Source: an uncultured Bacilli bacterium (GTDB taxonomy: Bacteria > Bacillota_I > Bacilli_A > RF39 > UBA660). From it: a stretch of 64,000 nt of DNA. Positions 1-11,930 of the stretch are shown piece after piece (the first letter of the stretch is position 1; every line of letters begins with the position of its first letter). A program made the position numbers and the translations under genes. Where the stretch lies: the NCBI GenBank assembly GCA_934167695.1, contig CAKPLP010000005.1, positions 22,955 through 86,954 on the forward strand. The letters run 5' to 3'. The notes beneath the pieces were generated by a model. It was not told where the DNA came from. It did no database searches and saw only the letters and a list, made by a program, of their open reading frames with translations.

Positions 1-479
1 AGAAATAAACCACAAGGTCCTATACCACCTACAATTTTAGCTTTATCCCTTATTCCTATTTGTCTTAATTCTATTCTTGTTTTATACTTGTCCGCTAATT
101 TCTTCGCAATTTCCCTAAAATCAATTCTATTATCAGCTACAAATAAAAAGAATAATTGTTTTCTATCAAAAGTATAATATGAATCAACAAAATTCATACT
201 TAATCCCATTTTATTTTGTAATTTTTTAGCTTCCAATAACGCCTTTTTAGAATCCGAATTATTTTTTTCAATAATTCTTTCATCAGACTCATCAACTTTT
301 CTCACAATTTTATTTAAAACAGAATCTGATGTATCATCAACAAATCCCAATACTTGTCCACTATATAAAGATTTATCAATACTTATTATTACACGATCGC
401 CAACTTTAACAATATTATTTTCATCAAGAAAAATTCTTTTTTCACGTGTATTATCTTGCAATACTAATACATTACTCAT
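1..479 (-). CDS. ricT: PSP1-domain protein RicT/YaaT (partial, runs off the window start)
   Basis: The minus-strand translation from the ATG at 479 (MSNVLVLQDNTREKRIFLDENNIVKVGDRVIISIDKSLYSGQVLGF...) matches the YaaT N-terminus pattern. It lies immediately downstream of holB, as in B. subtilis. Confidence 0.6.
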   Translation of the reverse strand, partial: MSNVLVLQDNTREKRIFLDENNIVKVGDRVIISIDKSLYSGQVLGFVDDTSDSVLNKIVRKVDESDERIIEKNNSDSKKALLEAKKLQNKMGLSMNFVDSYYTFDRKQLFFLFVADNRIDFREIAKKLADKYKTRIELRQIGIRDKAKIVGGIGPCGLF

Positions 480-1294
480 GAAATCACCTCATTAATATCA
501 AGTATCAAATTATCTAACATAAGTTTATAATTAAGATTATATTCAAAATTCTTCAAATACTTTTCTATAACTAAAATTAATTTTACTAATTGTTCATTTG
601 ATACAAAACTAATATTATCAATAATAGTAGTTTTTCCGTTAATAACTAAAAAAAAGTATTCTTCAATATTCTTTAAATATTTAGTAGCCTCTAATTTATC
701 AGGAATTAAAGTAATAATATGATTATATGACAAAAAAACATTATTTTTAGTAAATAAGGTATTAATTAAATCAATCGTTTTTTCATCAAGATTTATCTCA
801 TCATCATTTTTTAATGAAAATACCTGACATCTAGATCTAATAGTATCCAGAACATTATATCTATTATTCGTTAATAATATAGCAATAATATTAGGAGAAG
901 GTTCCTCCAAAAATTTTAACATAGTATTACCAGATGACGAATTTAATTTTGAAGCATCTGTAATTACGTATATTTGTTTATTATTATATATTGATTTTTC
1001 TTTAAAAGCCGTCTTTATATCCAAAAGTTGTTCTTTTTTTATCCAACTTCCTGACGGATCTATTATTTTTAAATCTGGATAACTCTTAGCATTAATTAAG
1101 TTACAAATATTGCATTCATGACAACAATTATCGACTTTATGCTGTGGACATAATAATAATTTTACTAAGATATCTAAAAATTTTTCTATTTCATTATATC
1201 CATTAGTTTCAATTAAGTAAGCATGAGAAATTTTTTCATTTTCTATTTCCTTCATAATTACATTAAAAAAATCATTTTGTATTTCAAATTTCAT
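476..1294 (-). CDS. holB: DNA polymerase III delta-prime subunit
   Basis: AAA+ clamp-loader-like sequence with a Cys-rich zinc module (CPQHKVDNCCHECNICN). Its position between bofA and yaaT matches the conserved Firmicute order. Confidence 0.75.
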   Translation of the reverse strand: MKFEIQNDFFNVIMKEIENEKISHAYLIETNGYNEIEKFLDILVKLLLCPQHKVDNCCHECNICNLINAKSYPDLKIIDPSGSWIKKEQLLDIKTAFKEKSIYNNKQIYVITDASKLNSSSGNTMLKFLEEPSPNIIAILLTNNRYNVLDTIRSRCQVFSLKNDDEINLDEKTIDLINTLFTKNNVFLSYNHIITLIPDKLEATKYLKNIEEYFFLVINGKTTIIDNISFVSNEQLVKLILVIEKYLKNFEYNLNYKLMLDNLILDINEVIS

Positions 1295-1310
1295 ATAACC
1301 ACCTACTCAA

Positions 1311-1496
1311 CTATAAAACAGTTAATTTAAATAAAATCAATGCAAACAATCCAGGAGCACCAAGAATAGTTACAAAAATTATAGTTATAACATTAATCGG
1401 AATAATTAAATTAAAGTTAGTAGCAATAATATTATAACCATATAATAGAAAAGAACTAAAAACTATCTGCCTTAAAATTTTAAATATTTTTTCCAT
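1311..1496 (-). CDS. bofA: BofA-like small membrane protein (pro-sigma-K processing inhibitor)
   Basis: IPINVITIIFVTILGAPGLFALILFK aligns with the B. subtilis BofA segment VPINLVTTAISGILGIPGIAALVVIK. An AAGGGTGA RBS precedes the ATG. Its position after recR matches B. subtilis. Confidence 0.45.
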   Translation of the reverse strand: MEKIFKILRQIVFSSFLLYGYNIIATNFNLIIPINVITIIFVTILGAPGLFALILFKLTVL

Positions 1497-1536
1497 AATA
1501 TCACCCTTAGCAAATAATATGAAAAAAATAAAAAAG

Positions 1537-2133
1537 TTATTCTATCTCTTTTCTATCATACATCGCTCTCTCTAAAGTTAAAGTATCTACATATTCCATA
1601 TCAGCTCCCATTGGAACTCCACTAGCTAATCTAGTTACTTTTATATCTAATCCATCTAAAATTCTTTTAATATATAATGCAGTAGTTTCACCCTCAATGC
1701 TAGGTTTAAAAGCAAAAATTATTTCATTAAAATCGCTATCTTTAATTCTATCAATAAGTTTTCCTAATCCAATATCTTCAGGATTAATACCATCAATCGG
1801 TGAAATCAATCCATCTAAAACATGATAATAACCTTTAAAAATTCCCATACTTTCAAATACAAAAACTGTTTTTACATCATCTACAACACATAATACATCT
1901 TTATTTCTAGTAGAATCACTACAAATACTGCACAATTTATCTTCTGTTAGAACATTACATTCAGTACATTTATGTACCTTATTTTTTACATCTTTTAATC
2001 CATTAGAAAACAATTCTATTTGATCATCATCAAATGCTAAAGTCGCAAAAGCCAATCTTTCAGCTGTCTTTTGACCAATTCCGGGTAAATATTTAAAAGC
2101 CTCTATTAAACTTTTTATACTCTCTGGATACAT
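1537..2133 (-). CDS. recR: recombination protein RecR
   Basis: N-terminal HhH (LPGIGQKTAERLAF), a C4 zinc finger (CTECNVLTEDKLCSICSD) and a Toprim region. Confidence 0.9.
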   Translation of the reverse strand: MYPESIKSLIEAFKYLPGIGQKTAERLAFATLAFDDDQIELFSNGLKDVKNKVHKCTECNVLTEDKLCSICSDSTRNKDVLCVVDDVKTVFVFESMGIFKGYYHVLDGLISPIDGINPEDIGLGKLIDRIKDSDFNEIIFAFKPSIEGETTALYIKRILDGLDIKVTRLASGVPMGADMEYVDTLTLERAMYDRKEIE

Positions 2134-2136
2134 ATA

Positions 2137-2430
2137 TTAAAATAATCCTGGAATACTTCCATACTTTGACATTTTTTGTTCAGTAATATCATCAACTTTT
2201 TTATTAGCTTGATTAACAGCCACAACCAACATATCTTGTAATATTTCAATATCATCATTTTCTAATGTATCACTATTAATGTTAACTTCTAGCAATTCCT
2301 TCTTTCCATTAACTTTAACTGTAACTAATGAACTTTCACCAACAAACTCCATATTATCTATTTCATTTTTTATTTTCATCATATCTTTTTGCATATTTTG
2401 TGCCTGTTTCATTATTGCTTGCATATTCAT
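2137..2430 (-). CDS. ybaB: nucleoid-associated protein YbaB/EbfC
   Basis: A 97-aa protein beginning MNMQAIMKQAQNMQKDMMKI. It lies between dnaX and recR. Confidence 0.85.
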   Translation of the reverse strand: MNMQAIMKQAQNMQKDMMKIKNEIDNMEFVGESSLVTVKVNGKKELLEVNINSDTLENDDIEILQDMLVVAVNQANKKVDDITEQKMSKYGSIPGLF

Positions 2431-2455
2431 TATTTATCACCATTCCTTTTCTTAT

Positions 2456-4108
2456 TTAACACACTTCTACTATATCACCAAATATATCAGATGCGCTATT
2501 ATTATTTGTATTTTTTTCTTCTTTTTTATCGAACACTAGTTCTTGTTCTTCTATATATTTATAAGTAATATTATTCTTTTTGTTTTTCACATATTCCTTT
2601 GCAGCATCATTCCAATCAGAATCAGTAATTATAGCCAATTTTTTATTAATATTCAATTTTTCTTTTAATACTTTTGACATTGCATCAATATTATTTAAAT
2701 TTTCTAAGACTATAGATTCATATTCATAACTAATTATCAAATAATCCTCACTTGAAAGTCTAAGATTACCTTCCAACAATGCACAAACTAAATAACCTAT
2801 TTGTTGATCAAAAACAAAATCATTTAATTTTTCAAAGCTATTCTTATCTTTATTTAGTTCCTCCTTAGTTGCATTAATAAAGGCATTATTCAAACGTGTT
2901 TTCATAATATTCATTATATTAGAATTTAATAAGTTATTATCGCTGACAATAGAAGTTTCATGTGAAACTTGATTAACAACACTATGATTTTCTTCTTTAG
3001 CACTTATTGCTGGTTCATTTATATTCTCTTTCTTCTTAATGGATGCTTTATCATTAGAAATTATTTCCCGGGAAATAATTTTATTATTATTTATAAAAGA
3101 TAAAAACATTATTTCTATATATATTTTAGGATTTGAACTTTTTTTAATATCAAACATTTTTTCATTTATAAGATTTGCCAATTTTTGATAATTGTCTATA
3201 TTTACCTTACCAGTTTCATTAATGTATTCCGAAATAATCTCTTCCTTTAAATAATTTAATAATTGAATCATTATTTGAATAAGATTTTTTCCTTTATCAT
3301 TCCATTTTTCCAAAAAATTAATTGTAGAAATAGCATCAAAATCAAATATATAATTTATCAATTCTTCTAAATCACTTTTAACAACTAAGCCATTCAAATT
3401 TAAAAAATCATTCATTAAAATTTTACCATCTGAATAAGAACTTAATTTATCAAGCATTCCTAAAGAATCTCTCATTCCACCATCTGATACTATCGCAATA
3501 TTCTTTAAAACTTCTATATCAACATCAATATTTTCTTTTTTAGAAACCATAGTTAAATTATCTATAATATTTTGTTCAGTCATTCTAGAAAAATTAAAGC
3601 ATTGACATCGTGAAATTATTGTTTCAGGAATTTTTTGAGGATCAGTAGTAGCTAATATAAATATAATATGTTCAGGTGGCTCTTCTAATGTTTTTAAAAG
3701 AGCATTAAATGCTTGAATTGTAAGCATATGAACCTCATCAATAATATATACTTTATATTTCAATTCACTAGGAACCAAATTGATTTTTTCTCGTAAATTT
3801 CTAATTTCATCAACACCATTATTAGAAGCAGCATCTATCTCTATAATATCAAGACAATCATCACCAGAAACATTACATATATCACAACAACCACAAATAT
3901 CACCATCATTATTATTTAAACAATTAACTGCTCGTGCAAATATCTTAGCTGTGGATGTTTTTCCTGTTCCACGTGGACCAATAAACAAATACGCATGAGA
4001 AATTTTATTATTTTTTATAGAATTTTTTAATGTTTTTACAATTATTTCTTGTCCAACTATATCTTCAAATTTTTTAGGTCTATATTTTCTATATAAAGTT
4101 TGATACAT
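2456..4108 (-). CDS. dnaX: DNA polymerase III gamma/tau subunit
   Basis: Walker A motif GPRGTGKTS and a Zn module (CGCCDICN). The N-terminus is YRKYRPKKFEDIVGQE, typical of DnaX. Confidence 0.9.
   Translation of the reverse strand: MYQTLYRKYRPKKFEDIVGQEIIVKTLKNSIKNNKISHAYLFIGPRGTGKTSTAKIFARAVNCLNNNDGDICGCCDICNVSGDDCLDIIEIDAASNNGVDEIRNLREKINLVPSELKYKVYIIDEVHMLTIQAFNALLKTLEEPPEHIIFILATTDPQKIPETIISRCQCFNFSRMTEQNIIDNLTMVSKKENIDVDIEVLKNIAIVSDGGMRDSLGMLDKLSSYSDGKILMNDFLNLNGLVVKSDLEELINYIFDFDAISTINFLEKWNDKGKNLIQIMIQLLNYLKEEIISEYINETGKVNIDNYQKLANLINEKMFDIKKSSNPKIYIEIMFLSFINNNKIISREIISNDKASIKKKENINEPAISAKEENHSVVNQVSHETSIVSDNNLLNSNIMNIMKTRLNNAFINATKEELNKDKNSFEKLNDFVFDQQIGYLVCALLEGNLRLSSEDYLIISYEYESIVLENLNNIDAMSKVLKEKLNINKKLAIITDSDWNDAAKEYVKNKKNNITYKYIEEQELVFDKKEEKNTNNNSASDIFGDIVEVC
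3063..3076. repeat. ATTTCCCGGGAAAT 14-bp palindrome inside the dnaX coding sequence. Three more copies lie in the gyrA-downstream repeat array.
   Basis: Exact string match. The GC-rich core CCCGGG is unusual in a roughly 25% GC background. Confidence 0.6.
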
Positions 4109-4177
4109 AATCTTTCACCACCACTAATAAAATTATATCAAATTTTTTCTTATTTTAAATAAAATTTATTATAAATT

Positions 4178-4621
4178 CTACCTAATATTAGAAAAAAAAT
4201 CATTCATTATTTTTTTTATTTCTTCAGAAAAATATCCACAACTATAATTAACTTTATTGTTGATTAAATCCTTTTCAAATATAGCTTTAATAATAATTGA
4301 ATTATTCTTATCTTTATTACTTAACCCACAATAAACGTTTTTAATTCTTGATTGTTTTATTGCACTAGCACACATAGGACAAGGCTCTAAGGTAACATAC
4401 ATATCACAATCAGATAATCTCCAATTATTCAAAATTTTTGATGCTTTTTCCACAGCCAATATTTCTGCGTGACTAATACAACAATTAGACTTTTCTTTTA
4501 AATTATAAGCTTTTGCCAAGACAACATTATCTTTTACGATGACAGCTCCAACTGGAACTTCACCCATCATAGCTGCCTTTTTTGCTTCATCGATTGCAAG
4601 TAACATATATTCTTCTTTCAT
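4178..4621 (-). CDS. tadA: tRNA-specific adenosine deaminase TadA
   Basis: CDA-fold motifs HAEILAV and PCPMCASAI. The start was moved to the ATG (MKEEY...) that follows a GGAGG RBS. The TTG-start extension in the ORF track overlaps the SRP RNA. Confidence 0.85.
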   Translation of the reverse strand: MKEEYMLLAIDEAKKAAMMGEVPVGAVIVKDNVVLAKAYNLKEKSNCCISHAEILAVEKASKILNNWRLSDCDMYVTLEPCPMCASAIKQSRIKNVYCGLSNKDKNNSIIIKAIFEKDLINNKVNYSCGYFSEEIKKIMNDFFSNIR

Positions 4622-4630
4622 TTTTCCTCC

Positions 4631-4712
4631 AAAAAAAAGTGCACATAAGTTAAATGTGTTAAGGCTGCTATCTTCCAATCCTGACCTGTTTCCACAATAA
4701 CTTATTGCACAA
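4631..4712 (-). ncRNA. ffs: signal recognition particle RNA (small 4.5S-type SRP RNA)
   Basis: The minus-strand sequence GUGCAAUAAGUUAUUGUGGAAACAGGUCAGGAUUGGAAGAUAGCAGCCUUAACACAUUUAACUUAUGUGCAC-U8 carries the conserved domain IV: CAGGUCAGG ... GGAA tetraloop ... AGCAGCC. The 5' and 3' ends pair, and a U-tract follows. Confidence 0.6.
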
Positions 4713-4759
4713 ATTTATTTTATACTACTTTTAATTTTTTTTCAACAAAAAAAGTTAAT

Positions 4760-4833
4760 AAAAATATTTCCCGGGAAATATTTTTAACTCTCCGAACAAA
4801 TTCTGTGGAAAAAGTTCCACGTGGAACATTTCT
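4760..4833. repeat. composite repeat copy A: ATTTCCCGGGAAAT (4766-4779), TGTGGAAAA DnaA-box-like (4804-4812), GTTCCACGTGGAAC palindrome (4814-4827)
   Basis: Direct sequence comparison with copies B and C. Confidence 0.8.
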
Positions 4834-5005
4834 TTTTATTATATAAAAGTAATATTCCAACATTATAAAAAACAATAAAATTTAAATATATAAAATTATA
4901 TTCATAATAATTAATAGTACTTACTACTTCTAACCGCATTAATAATATTTTATAAAAAAAAGATAAAAATATTAAACTATTTAAACATATCTCATATATT
5001 AATAT

Positions 5006-5078
5006 AAAAATATTTCCCGGGAAATATTTTTAACTCTTCGAATAAGTTCTGTGGAAAAAGTTTCACGTGAAACATTCT
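5006..5078. repeat. composite repeat copy B: ATTTCCCGGGAAAT (5012-5025), TGTGGAAAA (5050-5058), GTTTCACGTGAAAC (5060-5073)
   Basis: Direct sequence comparison. About 90% identical to copy A over roughly 65 bp. Confidence 0.8.
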
Positions 5079-5220
5079 TTTTACTATACCTAATTTTTAT
5101 ATAGTTTTATCAATATACAATTCTTTTTATAATTATAAATTTATAATCAAATTATATATTAAAATTAAATATATTTGTTAATGATTAACAATTAACTAAT
5201 CAAAGCTTTATCATAATCAA

Positions 5221-5300
5221 TAAAATATTTCCCGGGAAATAATTTGCAAATTAATTTTTTTCAACAATATGTGTGGATAAAAAGTTTCACGTGAAACATA
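5221..5300. repeat. composite repeat copy C: ATTTCCCGGGAAAT (5227-5240), TGTGGATAA, a perfect DnaA box on the opposite strand (5273-5281), GTTTCACGTGAAAC (5284-5297)
   Basis: Direct sequence comparison. Confidence 0.8.
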
Positions 5301-5533
5301 AAATTATTAACAGGTACCTTAATTTAAGATATAAAACTTCCAACAAAACATATTTAACTTTAATAATAAACAATTTCAAAAAATTTTTATTTTTTATATT
5401 AATTATTAAAAACAATATAAAATATATTATATTTGTACTCATATTTTGAAACCATTTAATTAACAAATTATTAAATATTAAAAAAACATAATATATATTT
5501 AATAAAAATAACTAATAAATATACAATAAAAAT

Positions 5534-5603
5534 AATCCACAAAAAATGTGAATTATTTTTGTTTCACGTGAAACTTTTTCAGCTTCAAAATATTTTTTCC
5601 ACA
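5534..5603. repeat. partial, inverted repeat copy D: TAATCCACA (5534-5542), GTTTCACGTGAAAC (5561-5574), TTTTCCACA (5595-5603)
   Basis: Same motifs as copies A-C, but inverted in order and orientation. Confidence 0.6.
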
Positions 5604-5689
5604 GAAAAACGATATTATTATACTATTTTATAATTATAAATCTCATTATACTCAAACATTTGTTTAATATTATGCCATAAAAAAAGAGA

Positions 5690-8152
5690 TTATTCAGTAA
5701 TCTCCTTTTCAACTTCTTCTAATTTATTATCTTCAGAATCATCTTTAGTAACTAACGCAATAGTTGCAACAGTTTGATCATCTCTTAAATTTATTAGTCT
5801 TACTCCCTGAGTAGCTCTCTTCAAAATAGAAATCTGATTTAATGGCATCCTTATAATAGTACCACTATTAGTAATAATCATTAAATCATTATCATTTAAA
5901 TTATCAATAGTTTTCAATGAAATTATTGAGCCGTTTTTATCGGTCATATTTAGCCCTTTAACGCCTTTACTACCTCTATGGGTTAATCTATATTCATCAA
6001 CTAAAGTTTGCTTACCATAGCCCTTTTCTGTAACAATTAAGACATATTGCTCAGGATGAACAATTTCTGCACCTATAACAACAGAATTTTCCATATCTAT
6101 TCCTTTTACTCCACTTGCAGTTCTACCCATAACTCTTACTTCATTTTCATTAAATCTAACCATACGACCATTACTTGAACCAATAATAATCTCATCATTT
6201 CCTGTAGTTTTTCTAACACTTATTAATTGATCATTCTCCTTCAAAGTAATTGCCAATTTTCCGCCATTTCTTATTCTATCAAACTCAGAAAGATCAGTTC
6301 TCTTAATTAATCCATTTTTAGTAACAAAAACTAAATACTTAATACTATCAGATTCAGTAGAAATATTTACAACAGAGTTAATTATCTCACCTTTATCTAA
6401 TGATAATAAATTAATTATAGGTAAACCTTTTGATTGTCTAGCAAATTCTGGTATTTCATATCCTTTTAATCTATAAACTTTACCCATATTAGAGAAGAAT
6501 AATATATAATCATGGGTTTTCATATTAACTAAATGCTCTACAAAATCTTCTTCATTAGTAGCCATTCCTTTAATTCCTACTCCTCCACGATTTTGAGCTT
6601 TATATACATCACTTTTAACCCTCTTAATATAACCTTTATTAGTTAAAGTAACAATAATATCATCAACAGGTATCAAAGATTCATCTTCAATATATTCAAT
6701 AGCAGTCATATCAATATTTGTTCTTCTCTCATCTGCATATTTATTTTTAATTTCTAACATTTCAGATTTTATTATATCCAAAACTTTTTGTTCACTAGCT
6801 AATATAGACCTTAATTCTTCTATTTCTGCTAATAAAGCTTGAAGTTCATTTTCAATTTTATCTCTTTCCAAGCCAGTCAATCTTCTAAGTTTCATCTCCA
6901 AAATAGCTTGTGATTGAACCTCGCTTAAATTATAAGTATTAATTAACCCATTCATAGCATCTTCATCACTCTTAGATGACTTAATTAACTTAATAATTTC
7001 ATCTATATGATCAAGAGCTATTTTTAATCCTTCTAAAATATGTGCTCTCTTTTCATCTTTTTCCAAATCAAATCTAGTACGTCTTATTACAATTTCCTTT
7101 TGATAATCAACATACTTAGAAATTATATCCTTTAATCCTAATGTTTTAGGAACACCCTGATCAAGCATTAAAAAGATTATACCAAAGTTATTTTGGAAAG
7201 CAGTATGCTTATAAAGATTATTAAGAACAACTTGAGGATTAGCATCTTTTTTCAAAGTTATAGTAATTTTAATACCATCTTTTAAATCAGTGTGGTAATC
7301 ACTAATACCCTCTATCGTTTTATTGTGAACTAATTCTGCAACCTTATTTTTTAAATCTAAAGTATTAACACCATAAGGAACTTCATCAATAATTATATAA
7401 TGCTTTCCTTTTTCTTCTTCTATTCTGGCCTTACTTCTTATAGTTATTGAACCACGACCAGTTTCATAAGCCTTTCTAATACCACTATTTCCCAAAATAG
7501 TTGCACCAGTAGGAAAATCAGGTCCCTTAATATACTGCATTAAGCCATCTAAATCGATATCAGGATTATCAATATAAGCAATACATCCATCAATTACCTC
7601 TCCTAAATTATGAGGTGGAATATTAGTAGCCATTCCTACAGCAATACCCATAGTTCCATTAACTAAAATATTAGGAAATCTTGATGGAAGAATTTCAGGT
7701 TCTTTTTCTGTTTCATCAAAATTAGGCTTAAAATTAACTGTATTTTTATTTATATCTCTCAATAATTCTAACGAAATCTTAGAAAGTCTAGATTCAGTAT
7801 AACGCATAGCTGCTGCGCCATATCCTTCTATATTACCAAAATTACCATGACCATCTACCAACATATAACGATAAGAAAAATCCTGAGCCATTCTTACCAT
7901 AGCTTCATAAATTGAACTATCACCATGTGGATGATATTTTCCCATTACATCACCAACAATTCTAGCACTTTTTTTATGAGGTTTATCTGGAGTATAACCT
8001 GATTCATACATTGAATACAAAATACGTCTATGAACAGGCTTTAAACCATCTCTAAGATCAGGTAAGGCACGTGATATTATTACACTCATAGAATACTCTA
8101 AAAATGAATCTCTAACTTCTTTTACTATATTATTTTTCTCTAATCTATCCAT
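5690..8152 (-). CDS. gyrA: DNA gyrase subunit A
   Basis: An 820-aa protein containing the RYTE(S/A)R active-site region (MRYTESRLS). It lies immediately after gyrB. Confidence 0.95.
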   Translation of the reverse strand: MDRLEKNNIVKEVRDSFLEYSMSVIISRALPDLRDGLKPVHRRILYSMYESGYTPDKPHKKSARIVGDVMGKYHPHGDSSIYEAMVRMAQDFSYRYMLVDGHGNFGNIEGYGAAAMRYTESRLSKISLELLRDINKNTVNFKPNFDETEKEPEILPSRFPNILVNGTMGIAVGMATNIPPHNLGEVIDGCIAYIDNPDIDLDGLMQYIKGPDFPTGATILGNSGIRKAYETGRGSITIRSKARIEEEKGKHYIIIDEVPYGVNTLDLKNKVAELVHNKTIEGISDYHTDLKDGIKITITLKKDANPQVVLNNLYKHTAFQNNFGIIFLMLDQGVPKTLGLKDIISKYVDYQKEIVIRRTRFDLEKDEKRAHILEGLKIALDHIDEIIKLIKSSKSDEDAMNGLINTYNLSEVQSQAILEMKLRRLTGLERDKIENELQALLAEIEELRSILASEQKVLDIIKSEMLEIKNKYADERRTNIDMTAIEYIEDESLIPVDDIIVTLTNKGYIKRVKSDVYKAQNRGGVGIKGMATNEEDFVEHLVNMKTHDYILFFSNMGKVYRLKGYEIPEFARQSKGLPIINLLSLDKGEIINSVVNISTESDSIKYLVFVTKNGLIKRTDLSEFDRIRNGGKLAITLKENDQLISVRKTTGNDEIIIGSSNGRMVRFNENEVRVMGRTASGVKGIDMENSVVIGAEIVHPEQYVLIVTEKGYGKQTLVDEYRLTHRGSKGVKGLNMTDKNGSIISLKTIDNLNDNDLMIITNSGTIIRMPLNQISILKRATQGVRLINLRDDQTVATIALVTKDDSEDNKLEEVEKEITE

Positions 8153-8169
8153 TTTATTACCTCCTTAAC

Positions 8170-11218
<3,049 letters not shown>

Positions 11219-11330
11219 TATTCACCATAAAAACTGCTCATTTTATCACCTATCCCCTAGATCAGTATTCCTATACACATACAACTATATTATATCATAG
11301 AACCCATTTTTATGCACTAAAAAATAGTTA

Positions 11331-11795
11331 TTATTCATAACTATTTCCATTTTTTCTATTCTTTAAAAGATAGCTTAGCCTAGTTGCTCTAAAAATTTGA
11401 TTTTGCACCGCTCTAAATGATAAAGGAAGTAACAATTCAGCACCATTATCAAATACAATTTTCGTTGTATTATATTGATCTTCATAGAAATTCTTAACCC
11501 TGTTAACAGCTATCCACATACATTCATTATCATCAGGACTTGTCGTTGGAAAAAAGACTATATTTCTTGCATCTTCAACTATAATAGGAATTTTATAATT
11601 TGCACCAATTATTGCCTTAGCTCCTTCCTTTCTTCCTTCATAACTACTACCAAAATATTTACAACTATGATCTAAAATATCAAAAGATTTTTTTTCTATA
11701 ACATAATTATTATTATCCTCCAATATTTTAGAACTACCATTAGCCATTGAAATAATAGCTAAAGTACCTTCATTAATTTCATATTCATTTTTCAT
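11331..11795 (-). CDS. comK: ComK-family competence transcription factor homolog
   Basis: SCKYFGSSYEGRKEGAKAI...IPIIVEDARNIVFFPTTSPDDNECMWI...IVFDNGAELLLPLSF aligns with the B. subtilis ComK segment SCRFFGSSYAGRKAGT...PPIMVDPSNQIFLFPTLSSTRPQCGWI...VTFSNGKTMELPISY. The start was set at MKNEY after an AGGGGGA RBS. Confidence 0.7.
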   Translation of the reverse strand: MKNEYEINEGTLAIISMANGSSKILEDNNNYVIEKKSFDILDHSCKYFGSSYEGRKEGAKAIIGANYKIPIIVEDARNIVFFPTTSPDDNECMWIAVNRVKNFYEDQYNTTKIVFDNGAELLLPLSFRAVQNQIFRATRLSYLLKNRKNGNSYE

Positions 11796-11930
11796 AAATT
11801 TCCCCCTATGTAGACATTTTCCTGTCCACATCTATAAAATAACACATCCAAAACTCGAAATTTGTTGAAATATGTCACTAAAATTTAAAAAATGTCAAAA
11901 AAAAATTACTAAAATAAATTAGCAATTTTT

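Noticed and set aside
2279-2539. Numerous antisense or overlapping ORFs from the six-frame track (e.g. 2279-2539, 3780-3998, 8873-9073, 11475-11675, 13572-13889, 14965-15300, 17618-18145, 18235-18468, 19776-20000, 44310-44492, 52750-53100, 53561-54007, 54230-54502, 60955-61260, 62089-62525).
   Set aside because: They lie wholly inside well-supported conserved genes on the opposite strand or in another frame. They have low-complexity, AT-codon-driven composition and no RBS. They are treated as spurious.
4760-5605. A CRISPR array explaining the regularly spaced repeats downstream of gyrA.
   Set aside because: The repeat units are about 65 bp composite elements with variable internal spacers and irregular spacing of 215-245 bp. 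One copy is inverted, and there are no cas genes nearby. This is not CRISPR-like.
4680-5690. The possibility of an rRNA operon or tRNA genes after gyrA, as in B. subtilis rrnO, and tRNAs anywhere in the window.
   Set aside because: No GC-enriched stretch of about 50% GC exists here or anywhere in the window, and no T-loop-like GGTTCGAATCC motifs were found. The region is AT-rich repeats instead.
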